Source: an uncultured Gemmatimonadaceae bacterium (GTDB lineage Bacteria; Gemmatimonadota; Gemmatimonadetes; Gemmatimonadales; Gemmatimonadaceae). From it: a stretch of DNA of 64,000 bases. Shown piece by piece: positions 44,818-54,386 of the stretch. The stretch lies in contig CAWJMB010000002.1 of the NCBI GenBank assembly GCA_963843845.1, positions 2,016,001 through 2,080,000 on the forward strand. The letters are read 5' to 3'. The translations under genes and the position numbers were made by a program. Each line of letters starts with the position of its first letter. Positions within the stretch are counted from its first letter, which is position 1. Under the pieces are notes generated by a model. The model was given only the letters and a program-made list of their open reading frames with translations, ran no database searches and had not been told where the DNA came from.

Positions 44818-45489
44818 TCAGGCGTCGCCGACGAGGTCGGGGACCGTCTCGCGTAAGGTCGTCGCTGGAATGACTCCGGGGCGGATCACGCGCGGCACTC
44901 GCCCGGTGCAGTCGACTACCGTCGACGGCGACGACGGCGGGATCGTACCGGCATCGAGGACCCGGAGCACGCCGCGATTGATCGCGTCGGGCCACTGCGT
45001 GACGATCTCCGCCGCCGACATCGCGGGAGCCACTCCCGGGCGGTTCGCGCTCGTGGACGTGATCGGCTCGCCGTACGCACGGATCAACCGCGTCAACCCG
45101 GCGTGCGGGGTCCAGCGCACGGCCACGCCACCCTCGGGGCCGCGCAACCGCGGCGGCACTCTGCGCTCGCCGCCGGAGAGCACGAGCGTGAGCGGCCCTG
45201 GCCAGTGGCGGGCCGCGAGACGTGCGGCACTCGGCGTCAGCGTCAGCCCGAACCGCTCGATCATGTCGCTCCCCGCCACGAGGAGCAGGAACGGCTTCGC
45301 CGGCGGGCGCGACTTGAGTCGGACGAGCGACTCGACCGACTCGAAATCGACCGCGCTGCCGAAGCCGTACACCGTCTCGGTGGGATAGCCGAGCACGAGA
45401 CCGGCGTTCAGATGCGCGATCGTGTCGCGCAGAGACGCTTCGACCTCCTCGACCGACCAGAACGGCACGGCGCCGGTGGCGGCGATCAT
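44818..45489 (-). CDS. tsaC: L-threonylcarbamoyladenylate synthase (Sua5/YrdC)
   Basis: YPTETVYG, LKSR, WPGPLT, STSAN, STVVD. Confidence 0.94.
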   Translation of the reverse strand: MIAATGAVPFWSVEEVEASLRDTIAHLNAGLVLGYPTETVYGFGSAVDFESVESLVRLKSRPPAKPFLLLVAGSDMIERFGLTLTPSAARLAARHWPGPLTLVLSGGERRVPPRLRGPEGGVAVRWTPHAGLTRLIRAYGEPITSTSANRPGVAPAMSAAEIVTQWPDAINRGVLRVLDAGTIPPSSPSTVVDCTGRVPRVIRPGVIPATTLRETVPDLVGDA

Positions 45490-45532
45490 GCGACCTCCGG
45501 TCGCATCGGCAGATTCAGCTGCAACGGTCGAT

Positions 45533-46360
45533 TCACTCTGGAAGAAGGCTGAGCACTTCGGCGCGGGCGAAGTCGGCGTCCTCCGTCACTTTCAGCGCGC
45601 GCTCGCTTCCGCGCACGATGCGGACCGGAATGCCGAGCCACTCGCAGATTCCCGCGTCGTCGGTCGGCGCCAGGCGAGCGCGGTGTGCCTCGGCGTGGGC
45701 GCGCACGATGAGGTCCCGCGGAAAGCCTTGCGGCGTCTGCACGCGCCACAACCGCGTGCGGTCGACCGTGCGCACGACGTGCCCGTCCTCGTTCACTTCC
45801 TTCACCGTGTCGACCACCGGGAGCGCCGGCACGACCGCCTCACCCCCGCGTGCCGCGACGACGACGCGCTCGATCAGTGCGTCCGACACGAGCGGCCGAG
45901 CCGCGTCGTGGATCAGGACCGTCTCGACCTCATCGGGTAGGTCCTCGAGCCCGTTCGCGACGCTCTCACTCCGTTCGCGTCCGCCGACCGACACGAGGAG
46001 CCGATCGACGTCACACTGGAACAGCCAGGGCGGCGGGTCCGCGGCGTGCGATTTCGGGAGCACGACCACGACCATCGCGACGTCCGGGCGCGCCATGAAG
46101 GCCTGCACGCTGTGCAGCAACATCGGGCGTCCGGCGACCCAGCGAAACTGCTTCAGCTCGTCGCCCCCGACGCGCGTGCCCCGCCCTGCGGCGACGATGA
46201 CGACGCCGACGTCGCGCCTGACGTGTGCATCGCGCGCCGGGAGCTGTGGGCGCGACGCGACGACCGGCGGCGGGACGACGCGCCGCGGCGCGCGCGCCTC
46301 GTGCGCTTCCGCCTCACCATGCGGCAGGAACGCGCCGGGATTCGCCGCATCGCCGCTCAC
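45533..46360 (-). CDS. ispD: 2-C-methyl-D-erythritol 4-phosphate cytidylyltransferase
   Basis: AAGRGTR...KQF, IHDAARP, VQTPQGF, TDD, KVT. Confidence 0.93.
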   Translation of the reverse strand: MSGDAANPGAFLPHGEAEAHEARAPRRVVPPPVVASRPQLPARDAHVRRDVGVVIVAAGRGTRVGGDELKQFRWVAGRPMLLHSVQAFMARPDVAMVVVVLPKSHAADPPPWLFQCDVDRLLVSVGGRERSESVANGLEDLPDEVETVLIHDAARPLVSDALIERVVVAARGGEAVVPALPVVDTVKEVNEDGHVVRTVDRTRLWRVQTPQGFPRDLIVRAHAEAHRARLAPTDDAGICEWLGIPVRIVRGSERALKVTEDADFARAEVLSLLPE

Positions 46361-47760
46361 GCGAACACCCGGTCGAACAGCTCGCGGATGGTGCGGACGG
46401 CGACCGCGCGGACGTCACGTACGGCGCGCTTCGGCACGCCGCGCTCGGCCACGTAGGCGGTGGTCATTCCCATCTTGGCCGCCTCCGCCAGTCGCCGCTC
46501 CATCTGCGACACGGGACGAATCTCGCCACCGAGTCCGACTTCGCCGATGAAGGCGACATCGTTGGGCAGGGCGCGGTCGTACACGCTCGACGCGAGCGCG
46601 GCCGCGACCGCGAGATCGCCCGCCGGCTCCTGCATGCGAACGCCACCGACGACGTTCAGGAACACGTCGAGCTGCGAGAAGTTGAGTCCCGCGCGTTTGT
46701 CGAGCACCGCGAGCAGCAATGCCAGGCGCCGTCCGTCGTACCCGGTCGCGACGCGCTGCGGCGTGCCGAAGCCGGCTTTCGCGGCGAGCGCCTGGATCTC
46801 GACGAGCACCGGCCGAGTGCCTTCCAGCAGCGCTGTCACTGCGCTGCCCGACGCCGCGTTCGTGCGGTCGCCGAGGAACAGCTCGGATGGGTTCTCGATG
46901 GCGATGAGCCCTCCTTCGGTCATGCGGAACACGCCGATTTCGTCGACCGAGCCGAAGCGATTCTTGTTCGCGCGGAGGATCCGATGATCGAGTGAGCTCT
47001 CCCCCTCGAAGTAGAGCACCGTGTCCACGATGTGCTCGAGCGTTTTCGGCCCGGCGATGCCGCCGCCCTTCGTGACGTGGCCGACGACGAACGTCGCCGT
47101 ACCAGACTCTTTCGCGAAGCGCATGAGTCGCGCGGCGCACTCTCGCACCTGGCCGACGTTTCCCGGCGCCCCTTCGAGATCCTGCGTGAAGACCGTCTGG
47201 ATCGAGTCCACGACCATGACGTCCGGTCGGAGCGCAGCGCCGGTCGCGATCACGGTCTCGAGCAGTGTCTCGCTCAGCAGCGACACCTCGCCGGCGCCGC
47301 TCGCGAGCCGGTCAGCGCGCAGCTTCACCTGCAGCGGAGACTCTTCACCGGACACGTACAAGGTCCGACGCCCCGCACCTTCGAGCTGCGCCGCGACCTG
47401 GAGCAGCAGCGTCGACTTGCCGATCCCCGGCTCTCCACCGACGAGCACCATCGACCCCGGCACGATCCCGCCGCCCAACACGAAGTCGAACTCGCCGAGC
47501 CCCGTCTGCCAGCGCTTCGCCTCGGATCCGCTGATCTCGCGCAGCCGCGGGGTCGGCGCCACCGAGCCGCCCTCGCCGAGGGTCGCGCTGCCCCCGATGC
47601 GGCGCGCGACGCTCGCGCCTTTCGCCGACACCGCCTTGGGGGCGGCGATCTCTTCGACGAGGGTATTCCACTCGCCGCACGCGTCGCAGCGCCCCTGCCA
47701 TTTCGCGTGCTCCGCCGCGCACTCGGTGCAGCGGTACACTGTCTTCGGCTTGCTCGCCAT
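46357..47760 (-). CDS. radA: DNA repair protein RadA/Sms
   Basis: CTEC...CDAC, GEPGIGKST, KNRFG, GEVGLGGE. Confidence 0.97.
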   Translation of the reverse strand: MASKPKTVYRCTECAAEHAKWQGRCDACGEWNTLVEEIAAPKAVSAKGASVARRIGGSATLGEGGSVAPTPRLREISGSEAKRWQTGLGEFDFVLGGGIVPGSMVLVGGEPGIGKSTLLLQVAAQLEGAGRRTLYVSGEESPLQVKLRADRLASGAGEVSLLSETLLETVIATGAALRPDVMVVDSIQTVFTQDLEGAPGNVGQVRECAARLMRFAKESGTATFVVGHVTKGGGIAGPKTLEHIVDTVLYFEGESSLDHRILRANKNRFGSVDEIGVFRMTEGGLIAIENPSELFLGDRTNAASGSAVTALLEGTRPVLVEIQALAAKAGFGTPQRVATGYDGRRLALLLAVLDKRAGLNFSQLDVFLNVVGGVRMQEPAGDLAVAAALASSVYDRALPNDVAFIGEVGLGGEIRPVSQMERRLAEAAKMGMTTAYVAERGVPKRAVRDVRAVAVRTIRELFDRVFA

Positions 47761-47844
47761 GAGCCTATCGTACACCGCGCCGCGAATCGCGATGCATCAC
47801 TCCATCGCGCCGCGCATCATCCGAACGCTCGGCGCCGCCCTGCG

Positions 47845-49275
47845 TCACTCGCTGCCGCCGTTCGACTGCCAGGCGCCTTTCGCGACGCTCTCGAACCGCG
47901 TGTACTGCTTGTGGAAAAAGAGGGGGACGCTGCCGATCGGACCGTTGCGCTGCTTGCCGATGATGACTTCGGCTTTCCCTTCGATCGACGGATCTTTCAG
48001 CATCCCATTCTCGCGTTCCGCGTAGACCTCTTCGCGGAACAGGAACATGATGAGATCGGCGTCCTGCTCGATCGCCCCCGACTCGCGCAGGTCGGAGAGC
48101 ACCGGGCGCCCCTTCTCGGCGCCGGCGCGCTGCTCGACCGCGCGCGACAGCTGTGACAGCGCGACGACGGGCACGCTCAGCTCTTTCGCGATCGCTTTGA
48201 GCCCGCGCGAGATGATGCTGACTTCCTGCTGTCGATTCTCGGCGCCGTTCGGGACGGTCATGAGCTGCAGGTAGTCGACGATCACGAGGTCGAGCCCGTG
48301 ATCCGACTTCAGTCGGCGTGCCTTCGAGCGCATGTCCATGATCGACAGTCCGGGCGTGTCGTCGATGAACACGGGCGCGTGCGAGAGAATGCCGGCCGCG
48401 CGCGCGAGGCGGGGGAAGTCGTCGTCGCGGAGACGTCCCTTGCGGAGCGTCTGCGCGTCGATGCGAGCCTCGCTCGTCAGCATGCGCTGCACGAGCGAGT
48501 CCTTGCTCATCTCGAGCGAGAAGAACGCGACGGTCTTCTTGTCCGTGATGGCGGAATGCTGCGCGATGTTGAGCGTGAACGCCGTCTTGCCCATCGAGGG
48601 GCGTGCCGCGACGATCACGAGGTCGGCCGGCTGGAAGCCCGACGTCATCTCGTCGAGGTCCTTGAAGCCGCTCGCGAGTCCAGTGATCGACGTCCCGCTG
48701 AGGCTCTGGTCCTCGATGCGCTGCATCGCCGGCCAGAGGAGCTCCTTGATGCGCGTGAAGCCGCCGACGTTCCGCGACTGCCCGATCTGGAAGATCTTCG
48801 ACTCGGCTTCGTCGAGCAGATCGCCGGCCATGCGGTGGCCTTCGAACGCCTCGCCGACGATGTTCGTCGACACTTCGATCAGGCGGCGCAGCAGCGCCTT
48901 CTCGCGAACGATCTTCGCGTGGTACTCGACGTTCGCCGCGGTCGGGACGGCGTCGATCAGGTATCCGACATATTCCTTGCCACCGCTCGACTCGAGCTCG
49001 CCGCGGCGACCCAGCTCGTCGGCGAGCGTGAGCGGATCGACGACGTCCCCACGTTCCGTGACCGCGAGCATCGCCCGGAAGATCCGGCGATGTCCCTCGC
49101 GGTAGAACATCGTGTCGTCGACGTGCTCGGCGGCGCGCATGATGGCGTCCTGATCGAGCAGCATCGCGCCGAGCACGGCTTGCTCGGCGTCCTCCGAGTA
49201 CGGCGGGCGGCGATCCTTGTACGGATCCACGCGGCTACTCTGCGCGATCGAGTATTCGGCGAGCGAGTTGGACAT
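47845..49275 (-). CDS. dnaB: Replicative DNA helicase
   Basis: EDAEQAVLG, ARPSMGKT, DYLQLM, SQLSR, DLRESGAIEQDAD, KQRNGP; no intein. Confidence 0.97.
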   Translation of the reverse strand: MSNSLAEYSIAQSSRVDPYKDRRPPYSEDAEQAVLGAMLLDQDAIMRAAEHVDDTMFYREGHRRIFRAMLAVTERGDVVDPLTLADELGRRGELESSGGKEYVGYLIDAVPTAANVEYHAKIVREKALLRRLIEVSTNIVGEAFEGHRMAGDLLDEAESKIFQIGQSRNVGGFTRIKELLWPAMQRIEDQSLSGTSITGLASGFKDLDEMTSGFQPADLVIVAARPSMGKTAFTLNIAQHSAITDKKTVAFFSLEMSKDSLVQRMLTSEARIDAQTLRKGRLRDDDFPRLARAAGILSHAPVFIDDTPGLSIMDMRSKARRLKSDHGLDLVIVDYLQLMTVPNGAENRQQEVSIISRGLKAIAKELSVPVVALSQLSRAVEQRAGAEKGRPVLSDLRESGAIEQDADLIMFLFREEVYAERENGMLKDPSIEGKAEVIIGKQRNGPIGSVPLFFHKQYTRFESVAKGAWQSNGGSE

Positions 49276-50296
49276 CTTCCCAGGTGGGACGCTTCCAGGT
49301 CGGATTACGCAGAAGCGCGGCGGGATGGTATGTCGCGACCAGCGGAATCCCGTGGTAGCGATGCTCCTGCCCGCGCAGCTTCGAGACGCCGAGCTTCGTG
49401 CCGAGGAGCGTCTGCGCTGCGAAGTTGCCCAGCGTGAGAATCACCTTCGGGCGAAGAAGCTCCAGCTGCCGCACGAGGTAGGGCGAGCACGCGGCGACCT
49501 CCTCGACCTCCGGATTCCGGTTTCCCGGCGGACGGTGCTTCACCACGTTGCAGATGAAGACTTCCTCGCGCTGCAACTTAATGGCGCCGAGGATTTTGGT
49601 CAGAAGCTGCCCGGACGCCCCGACGAACGGACGCCCGGACGCGTCCTCGTCGGCGCCAGGGGCTTCACCGACGATGACGAAGTCGGCGTTCGGGTCACCT
49701 TCGCCGGGCACCGGATTCTTCGCGCCGCGATACAGCGGACACCTCGTGCATTCCGCGACGAGGCGCGCGAGCTCGTTCAGCGACGTGACGTGCGCGAGCG
49801 GTCCGCCGAGCAGCAGGTCGCGTCCGACGTCGAGTCCGACCGGGATCGGCGCGTCGTCTGCCGCACGACTCTCAAGAGAGGCCTCCTCCGCCGGCGTCGG
49901 CGAAGGCGGCGCCTCCTGCGGCGGCAGCGGCTGCGATCGCGCGGGCGACTGCACGCCCGGCGCGGCCGCTCCGGCGGCGAGCAACGCGGCGCGCCAGTCA
50001 CTCGATCCGGTCGGGTGCGGCGACGCGTCGTCGCGCGACACCTCGCCGTCGCTGGCGGCGTGCGCCTCCGGGGGGGCGGCGTGCGCCTCCGGGGGGTCGG
50101 CGCGCGGCAGGTCCCCCTCGGCACGAAGCCGCGGGTGATCCGCCGGCGCCTGCACATCGTCCGCGCCCCGCGACCGGGCGCCGAGCATGCCGAGCACGTC
50201 ATCGACGCTCATGCCGTCGAGCACGAGCTCACGCTCGCCGAGCTCGCGCCGTTGCTCGAGGTAGCGCCGGAGCGCGTCGCGGGCCGTGTCGGACAT
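49235..50296 (-). CDS. Family 4 uracil-DNA glycosylase with a long N-terminal extension
   Basis: CTRCPL, VGEAPG, RPFVG, HRPPGNR, YHPAALLRNP. Confidence 0.92.
   Translation of the reverse strand: MSDTARDALRRYLEQRRELGERELVLDGMSVDDVLGMLGARSRGADDVQAPADHPRLRAEGDLPRADPPEAHAAPPEAHAASDGEVSRDDASPHPTGSSDWRAALLAAGAAAPGVQSPARSQPLPPQEAPPSPTPAEEASLESRAADDAPIPVGLDVGRDLLLGGPLAHVTSLNELARLVAECTRCPLYRGAKNPVPGEGDPNADFVIVGEAPGADEDASGRPFVGASGQLLTKILGAIKLQREEVFICNVVKHRPPGNRNPEVEEVAACSPYLVRQLELLRPKVILTLGNFAAQTLLGTKLGVSKLRGQEHRYHGIPLVATYHPAALLRNPTWKRPTWEDVQLARRILDRAE
50054..50095. repeat. 21-bp tandem duplication inside the UDG linker
   Basis: ggcggcgtgcgcctccggggg x2, encoding PPEAHAA twice. Confidence 0.85.
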
Positions 50297-50347
50297 GACG
50301 AGGCAGTCGCCGTCAGGCAGCGCGGACGGTGCCGGACGGCGTTCGCT

Positions 50348-50560
50348 TCACTCTCCCGCGCGGCGGCGCGGAACGATCGTGTACTCGAGATGGTCGGACG
50401 TCAGCTCCTCGAGCGCGCGCGTGGTGAGCTTCTTCTCCCCCGACCGCCCGGGGACGCGCGGAAAGTCGTTCAGGACTCGCGCGTACTTCGCCGCGACGAG
50501 CACCGCGAGGTACTTGTTCGTCGGTTCCTTGGCGATGTCTTTCGGAGTGAAAACCTGCAT
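50348..50560 (-). CDS. rpoZ: RNA polymerase omega subunit
   Basis: NKYLAVLVAAKYAR...KLTTRALEEL; follows gmk. Confidence 0.85.
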   Translation of the reverse strand: MQVFTPKDIAKEPTNKYLAVLVAAKYARVLNDFPRVPGRSGEKKLTTRALEELTSDHLEYTIVPRRRAGE

Positions 50561-50562
50561 GG

Positions 50563-51210
50563 TCAGCTCACGGTAGAATGGTGGTCGATCTGTCGCTCCA
50601 GCTCCGCGAGAATCACGGCGACCTGGTCGTCGAGGGCGCGGATTCGCTCGCGGCGCACGCCTTCTGCGTCGATGATCGACGCGACCTGACGGACGGCCGC
50701 GTCCAGCTCATCGTTCATCACGACGTACTGATATTCGCGCACGGCGGCCAGCTCGTCGCGCGCGCTGCGCAGCCTCGTCGCGAGCGAGCGCGCGTTCTCC
50801 GTCGAGCGCGCCGACAAGCGTGCCAGGAGGACGTGCGCCGACGGCGGGAGCACGAAGATGAGCACCGACTCGGGAAATGCACGAACGAATTTGCGCGCAC
50901 CCTGAGGGTCGATGTCCATCACGACGTGCCTTCCGGAGGAGGTGACGCGCTGCACCTCGCTGCGGAGCGTGCCGTACAGGTTGCCGTGCACTTCTGCCCA
51001 CTCCGCGAACTCACCCAGCTCGCGTCGCGCGACGAAGTCGTCGACCGAGACGAAATAGTAGTCGTGCCCGTCGGTCTCGCCGATCCGGGGCTCGCGCGTC
51101 GTACACGACACCGAGTATCCCAGGTCCGCACGCGACGCGAGGAGTCGACGCGCGATCGTCGTCTTCCCGCCACCCGACGGCGACGACAGGATGATCGGGA
51201 AGTGCGTCAC
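50563..51210 (-). CDS. gmk: Guanylate kinase
   Basis: SPSGGGKTT, SCTTREPR.GE.DG.DYYF, EWAEVHGNLYGT. Confidence 0.97.
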   Translation of the reverse strand: MTHFPIILSSPSGGGKTTIARRLLASRADLGYSVSCTTREPRIGETDGHDYYFVSVDDFVARRELGEFAEWAEVHGNLYGTLRSEVQRVTSSGRHVVMDIDPQGARKFVRAFPESVLIFVLPPSAHVLLARLSARSTENARSLATRLRSARDELAAVREYQYVVMNDELDAAVRQVASIIDAEGVRRERIRALDDQVAVILAELERQIDHHSTVS

Positions 51211-52088
51211 TCGACGTTCTCGACCTGCTCGCGAATCCGCTCGAGCTCCTCTTTCACGAGCACGACTTCGTGGAGGAGCGCGGCGTCGTTCGCCTTGCTC
51301 CCAGTCGTATTCGCCTCGCGCAGCATCTCCTGGAGAAGAAAGCCGAGTCGTTTGCCGACCGGCTCCGACGACGTGTCGGCGAGCGCCGCGCGGAAGGCAT
51401 CGAGATGCATGCGAAAGCGGTCGATCTCCTCACTCACGTCGAGGCGATCGGCCAGAATCGCGATCTCCTGCGCGAGCCGCTGCTCGTCGACCGCGACGCC
51501 GTCGATCAGCTCGCGGACACTCGTACGCAGCCGGTCGCGCTGCTCGACGAGGCGGTGGGGAGCGCGTGCCTCGATTCGCTCGTAGGCGCCATCGAGCACG
51601 GCGATCCGTTCCGCGAGCACGGCGGCGACGCGCGCGCCTTCCTCCGCACGCGTGGTCGTCAGCGCTGCCGCTGCGACGTCGACCACCGCGACCAACTCGG
51701 CGGCCGTCCCCTCGATCTGCTCCGGGGCCTCCGCACGAAGCACCTCCGGCAGCCGGAGAATCGTTGCGACGTCCAGCGCGCCGGTCAGTCCGTGGCGCGA
51801 GGCGAGCGACCGCAGTTGCTCGACATAGGCGCCGAACCGCGCCTCGTCGACGACCGGCGATGAGCTCTCGTCGGTCTCCCGCTCGAGGCGCGCGTAGGCC
51901 GTCACATGTCCGCGCGCGACGCGCTGCCGCAGCGCCTCGCGTACGTCACCTTCCCAGCGTCCGAGCGAGGCGGGGAGCTTGATGGACGGATTGAAGAAGC
52001 GGTGGTTGACCGTGCGGAGCTCCACGCTCACGCGCATCGACCCCACCCGCCCTTCCGCGGCCCCGAATCCCGTCATGCTGCGTATCAT
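51207..52088 (-). CDS. yicC: YicC/YloC family endoribonuclease
   Basis: SMTGFG, VNHRF, GKRLGFLLQEMLREANTTGSK, IREQVENVE. Confidence 0.95.
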   Translation of the reverse strand: MIRSMTGFGAAEGRVGSMRVSVELRTVNHRFFNPSIKLPASLGRWEGDVREALRQRVARGHVTAYARLERETDESSSPVVDEARFGAYVEQLRSLASRHGLTGALDVATILRLPEVLRAEAPEQIEGTAAELVAVVDVAAAALTTTRAEEGARVAAVLAERIAVLDGAYERIEARAPHRLVEQRDRLRTSVRELIDGVAVDEQRLAQEIAILADRLDVSEEIDRFRMHLDAFRAALADTSSEPVGKRLGFLLQEMLREANTTGSKANDAALLHEVVLVKEELERIREQVENVE

Positions 52089-52100
52089 GGCAAGCCGGTT

Positions 52101-52129
52101 AAACTATTGCCGCACAACGAGATCGTCAA
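52101..52129 (-). promoter_or_regulatory. Sigma70-type promoter of yicC-gmk-rpoZ
   Basis: TTGACG-N17-TAGTTT, 12 nt before the ATG. Confidence 0.6.
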
Positions 52130-54336
52130 TTCCAAAATGTCCAACGCAGCCCGTAGTAGTTGATCGGACCCGGCATCACGAAGCCCGGAACCACCTCGAA
52201 CCGCCGATTCAGCGCGTTGCGAAGCTGGTAGCTGAGTGTGCCGCTCAGGATGCGAATCTCGAGCTGCACGGTCATCGCGTTCCACGGCGCGACGAAGACG
52301 GGATCGACCGCGTCCGCGAACGTGGGGAAGTAGGTCCGGCCGCGGTACTCGTCGATGACCGCGAATTTCAGTCCGAAGTTGCCGGTCGGAAAGCGGCTGA
52401 CCCAGTTCGTCCGCACGCCGATTTCGGTGCGGAGCTGGTACTGCGGGCGGTATGCCCCCCCCGACTGCCACACGGTGCCGTGCGCGTCGAGATAGAGGTC
52501 CTTGTAGAACCGTCCGCGCGCGGCGAACACCCCCCCCGTCGCCGCCGGATCGGCGTACGCGATCGGTCGATGGCCGGTGCTGTCGTCGGCGGCGCACGCG
52601 CCCGCGCCGCCGCGCACGCACTCGTAGACCGCCGGGGCGGCGAGTGACGCTGCGCCGCGCCGAACGACGCCACCGCTGATCCACAGGTTGCCGTAGCGCA
52701 CCGCCCCCTCGACCCGCGTCGTCATGACCGCATCGCCACCGACGTCGCGAGATTCGACGACCGTCGTGCGATTGGTATCAGCGTCCGACGTGATGACCTG
52801 AAACGCGCTGCGGCGATCTCGGCTCACGGAGCCGAGCACCGCGAGCCAGGGCAGCGGCGAGATGCGCGCCGAGAGGTCGATGCGAGCGAGGCGGGCCGGT
52901 GTGGCGAGGACGTAGGCGCTGGTCGTGTCGCGCGACCGCACGACGATCTCGCCGACCGTCGAATCGATCCGCGTCACCGTGCTCCCGGAGCGAACGGTAT
53001 CGAGCGTGATCAGTGGGTACGTCGTGCGCCGGACGACGCGCGCGGTGTCGAGGTACGCGCCTCCCGCCCCGTTCCACTCGCTGAATGCCGACACGGACAA
53101 CAGCGGCGTGTCATAGGACAGGCGTGCCGAGGGAGTGTTCCTCGTGCTCCCGGACATGGCTCGCAGGCGGTCGGTCCCTGAGACGCGGAGCCGTCCGAAG
53201 GTGTACCCACCCGCGAGCACGTACTGAATGCGCGTCGACGCGCTGTCCGCGACGAACACCGAGTCGGTGCCGCGCACCGTCAGGCGCGGCACGCTCGTCG
53301 GCGCCGTGCCACGACGATAGACGATCGTGCTGTCCAGCGCCGCGACGCCCGTTCCGTTCTGGGTCTGCGTCGTCGTGCTCGCGATCACCTGCCCCCACGC
53401 GCCGGAGCTGTCGGGGTTGCCGTACGCGGCACGGACATACGCCTCGCTCCGCCGAATCTCCGACCGCGGGAGGAGCGAGTCCTGCTCCGCAAAGCTCGTC
53501 GTGAGATTGCGCTCGCGGTCCAGCCGATCGTAGACCGCATCGACGCTCCACTTGCGGCGTGCCCATCCGAGGCGCACGATCGCGTCGAGGACGTTGCCGC
53601 CGCCCCCCAGGCGACGGTTGCGCGCGCCGGTTCCGAACTGCTGCACGCCGACCTGTCCCGTGAACCCGCTGCCGAACCGTTTTCCGTAGAAGAAGCGATA
53701 CAGGTTCGTGTCTTCGTCGCCGGTGTACGCGTCGACTCGGGTGTACGCCGTCGTGTTTCGGACCGTCCACGAACGGATGTAGACGCGGATCTCGCCTGCG
53801 GCGCGCTCGATCGCGATGTCGTCGGCGTTGGAGAGGGCGTAGTCACCGACGTCCTGCACACCGCCGGCGCGCGTCGTGAGCGCGTCGAGTTCGATGCCGT
53901 CACGGAAGACGCGAACCCGCGCGACGTCGCCCAGGTACGCGGCCGTCTGCGCCGAGGCGAGAAAGCCGGTCCGGAACACCGACAGTCCGGGAACGCGCTC
54001 GAGCAGATCGCCTAACGTGACGGCCCCGGTCGCGAGCACCGAGTCGCGCGTCCACCGATACAACGGGCCGACGCCGACCTCGGGCGGCAACTCCGCACGC
54101 GCGATCGGTGCCTGGATGCTGTCCCGACGTGTCGGCGTCTTTAGCGTATCCGGAATCCCGCGAACCGAATCGATCCGGATGGAGTCGCTCCGCGCGCCCG
54201 GCGGAATCGGCAGCCGCACGGTGTCCGCGGGGGGCGCCTGCGGCGGGCGCGTCGGCTGCTGCGCGCGGAGCGCGGACGCGCGCGCCGCGAGCAGAACGGC
54301 CCCGGCCACGAGGCCGAGGCCGAGTCGTCGAGTCAC
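52126..54336 (-). CDS. Outer-membrane beta-barrel protein with a TonB-dependent-receptor-like plug domain (start approximate)
   Basis: Signal peptide (...ALRA-QQ), Pro-rich linker, TLGDLLERVPG...VFRDGIE plug motif, amphipathic strands, C-terminus YYGLRWTFWN. Confidence 0.7.
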   Translation of the reverse strand: MTRRLGLGLVAGAVLLAARASALRAQQPTRPPQAPPADTVRLPIPPGARSDSIRIDSVRGIPDTLKTPTRRDSIQAPIARAELPPEVGVGPLYRWTRDSVLATGAVTLGDLLERVPGLSVFRTGFLASAQTAAYLGDVARVRVFRDGIELDALTTRAGGVQDVGDYALSNADDIAIERAAGEIRVYIRSWTVRNTTAYTRVDAYTGDEDTNLYRFFYGKRFGSGFTGQVGVQQFGTGARNRRLGGGGNVLDAIVRLGWARRKWSVDAVYDRLDRERNLTTSFAEQDSLLPRSEIRRSEAYVRAAYGNPDSSGAWGQVIASTTTQTQNGTGVAALDSTIVYRRGTAPTSVPRLTVRGTDSVFVADSASTRIQYVLAGGYTFGRLRVSGTDRLRAMSGSTRNTPSARLSYDTPLLSVSAFSEWNGAGGAYLDTARVVRRTTYPLITLDTVRSGSTVTRIDSTVGEIVVRSRDTTSAYVLATPARLARIDLSARISPLPWLAVLGSVSRDRRSAFQVITSDADTNRTTVVESRDVGGDAVMTTRVEGAVRYGNLWISGGVVRRGAASLAAPAVYECVRGGAGACAADDSTGHRPIAYADPAATGGVFAARGRFYKDLYLDAHGTVWQSGGAYRPQYQLRTEIGVRTNWVSRFPTGNFGLKFAVIDEYRGRTYFPTFADAVDPVFVAPWNAMTVQLEIRILSGTLSYQLRNALNRRFEVVPGFVMPGPINYYGLRWTFWN

Positions 54337-54386
54337 TCCAGCAGCGCCGAACGAGCGAGCCGTTCGGCGCGTCCGATGTGTCCGAC

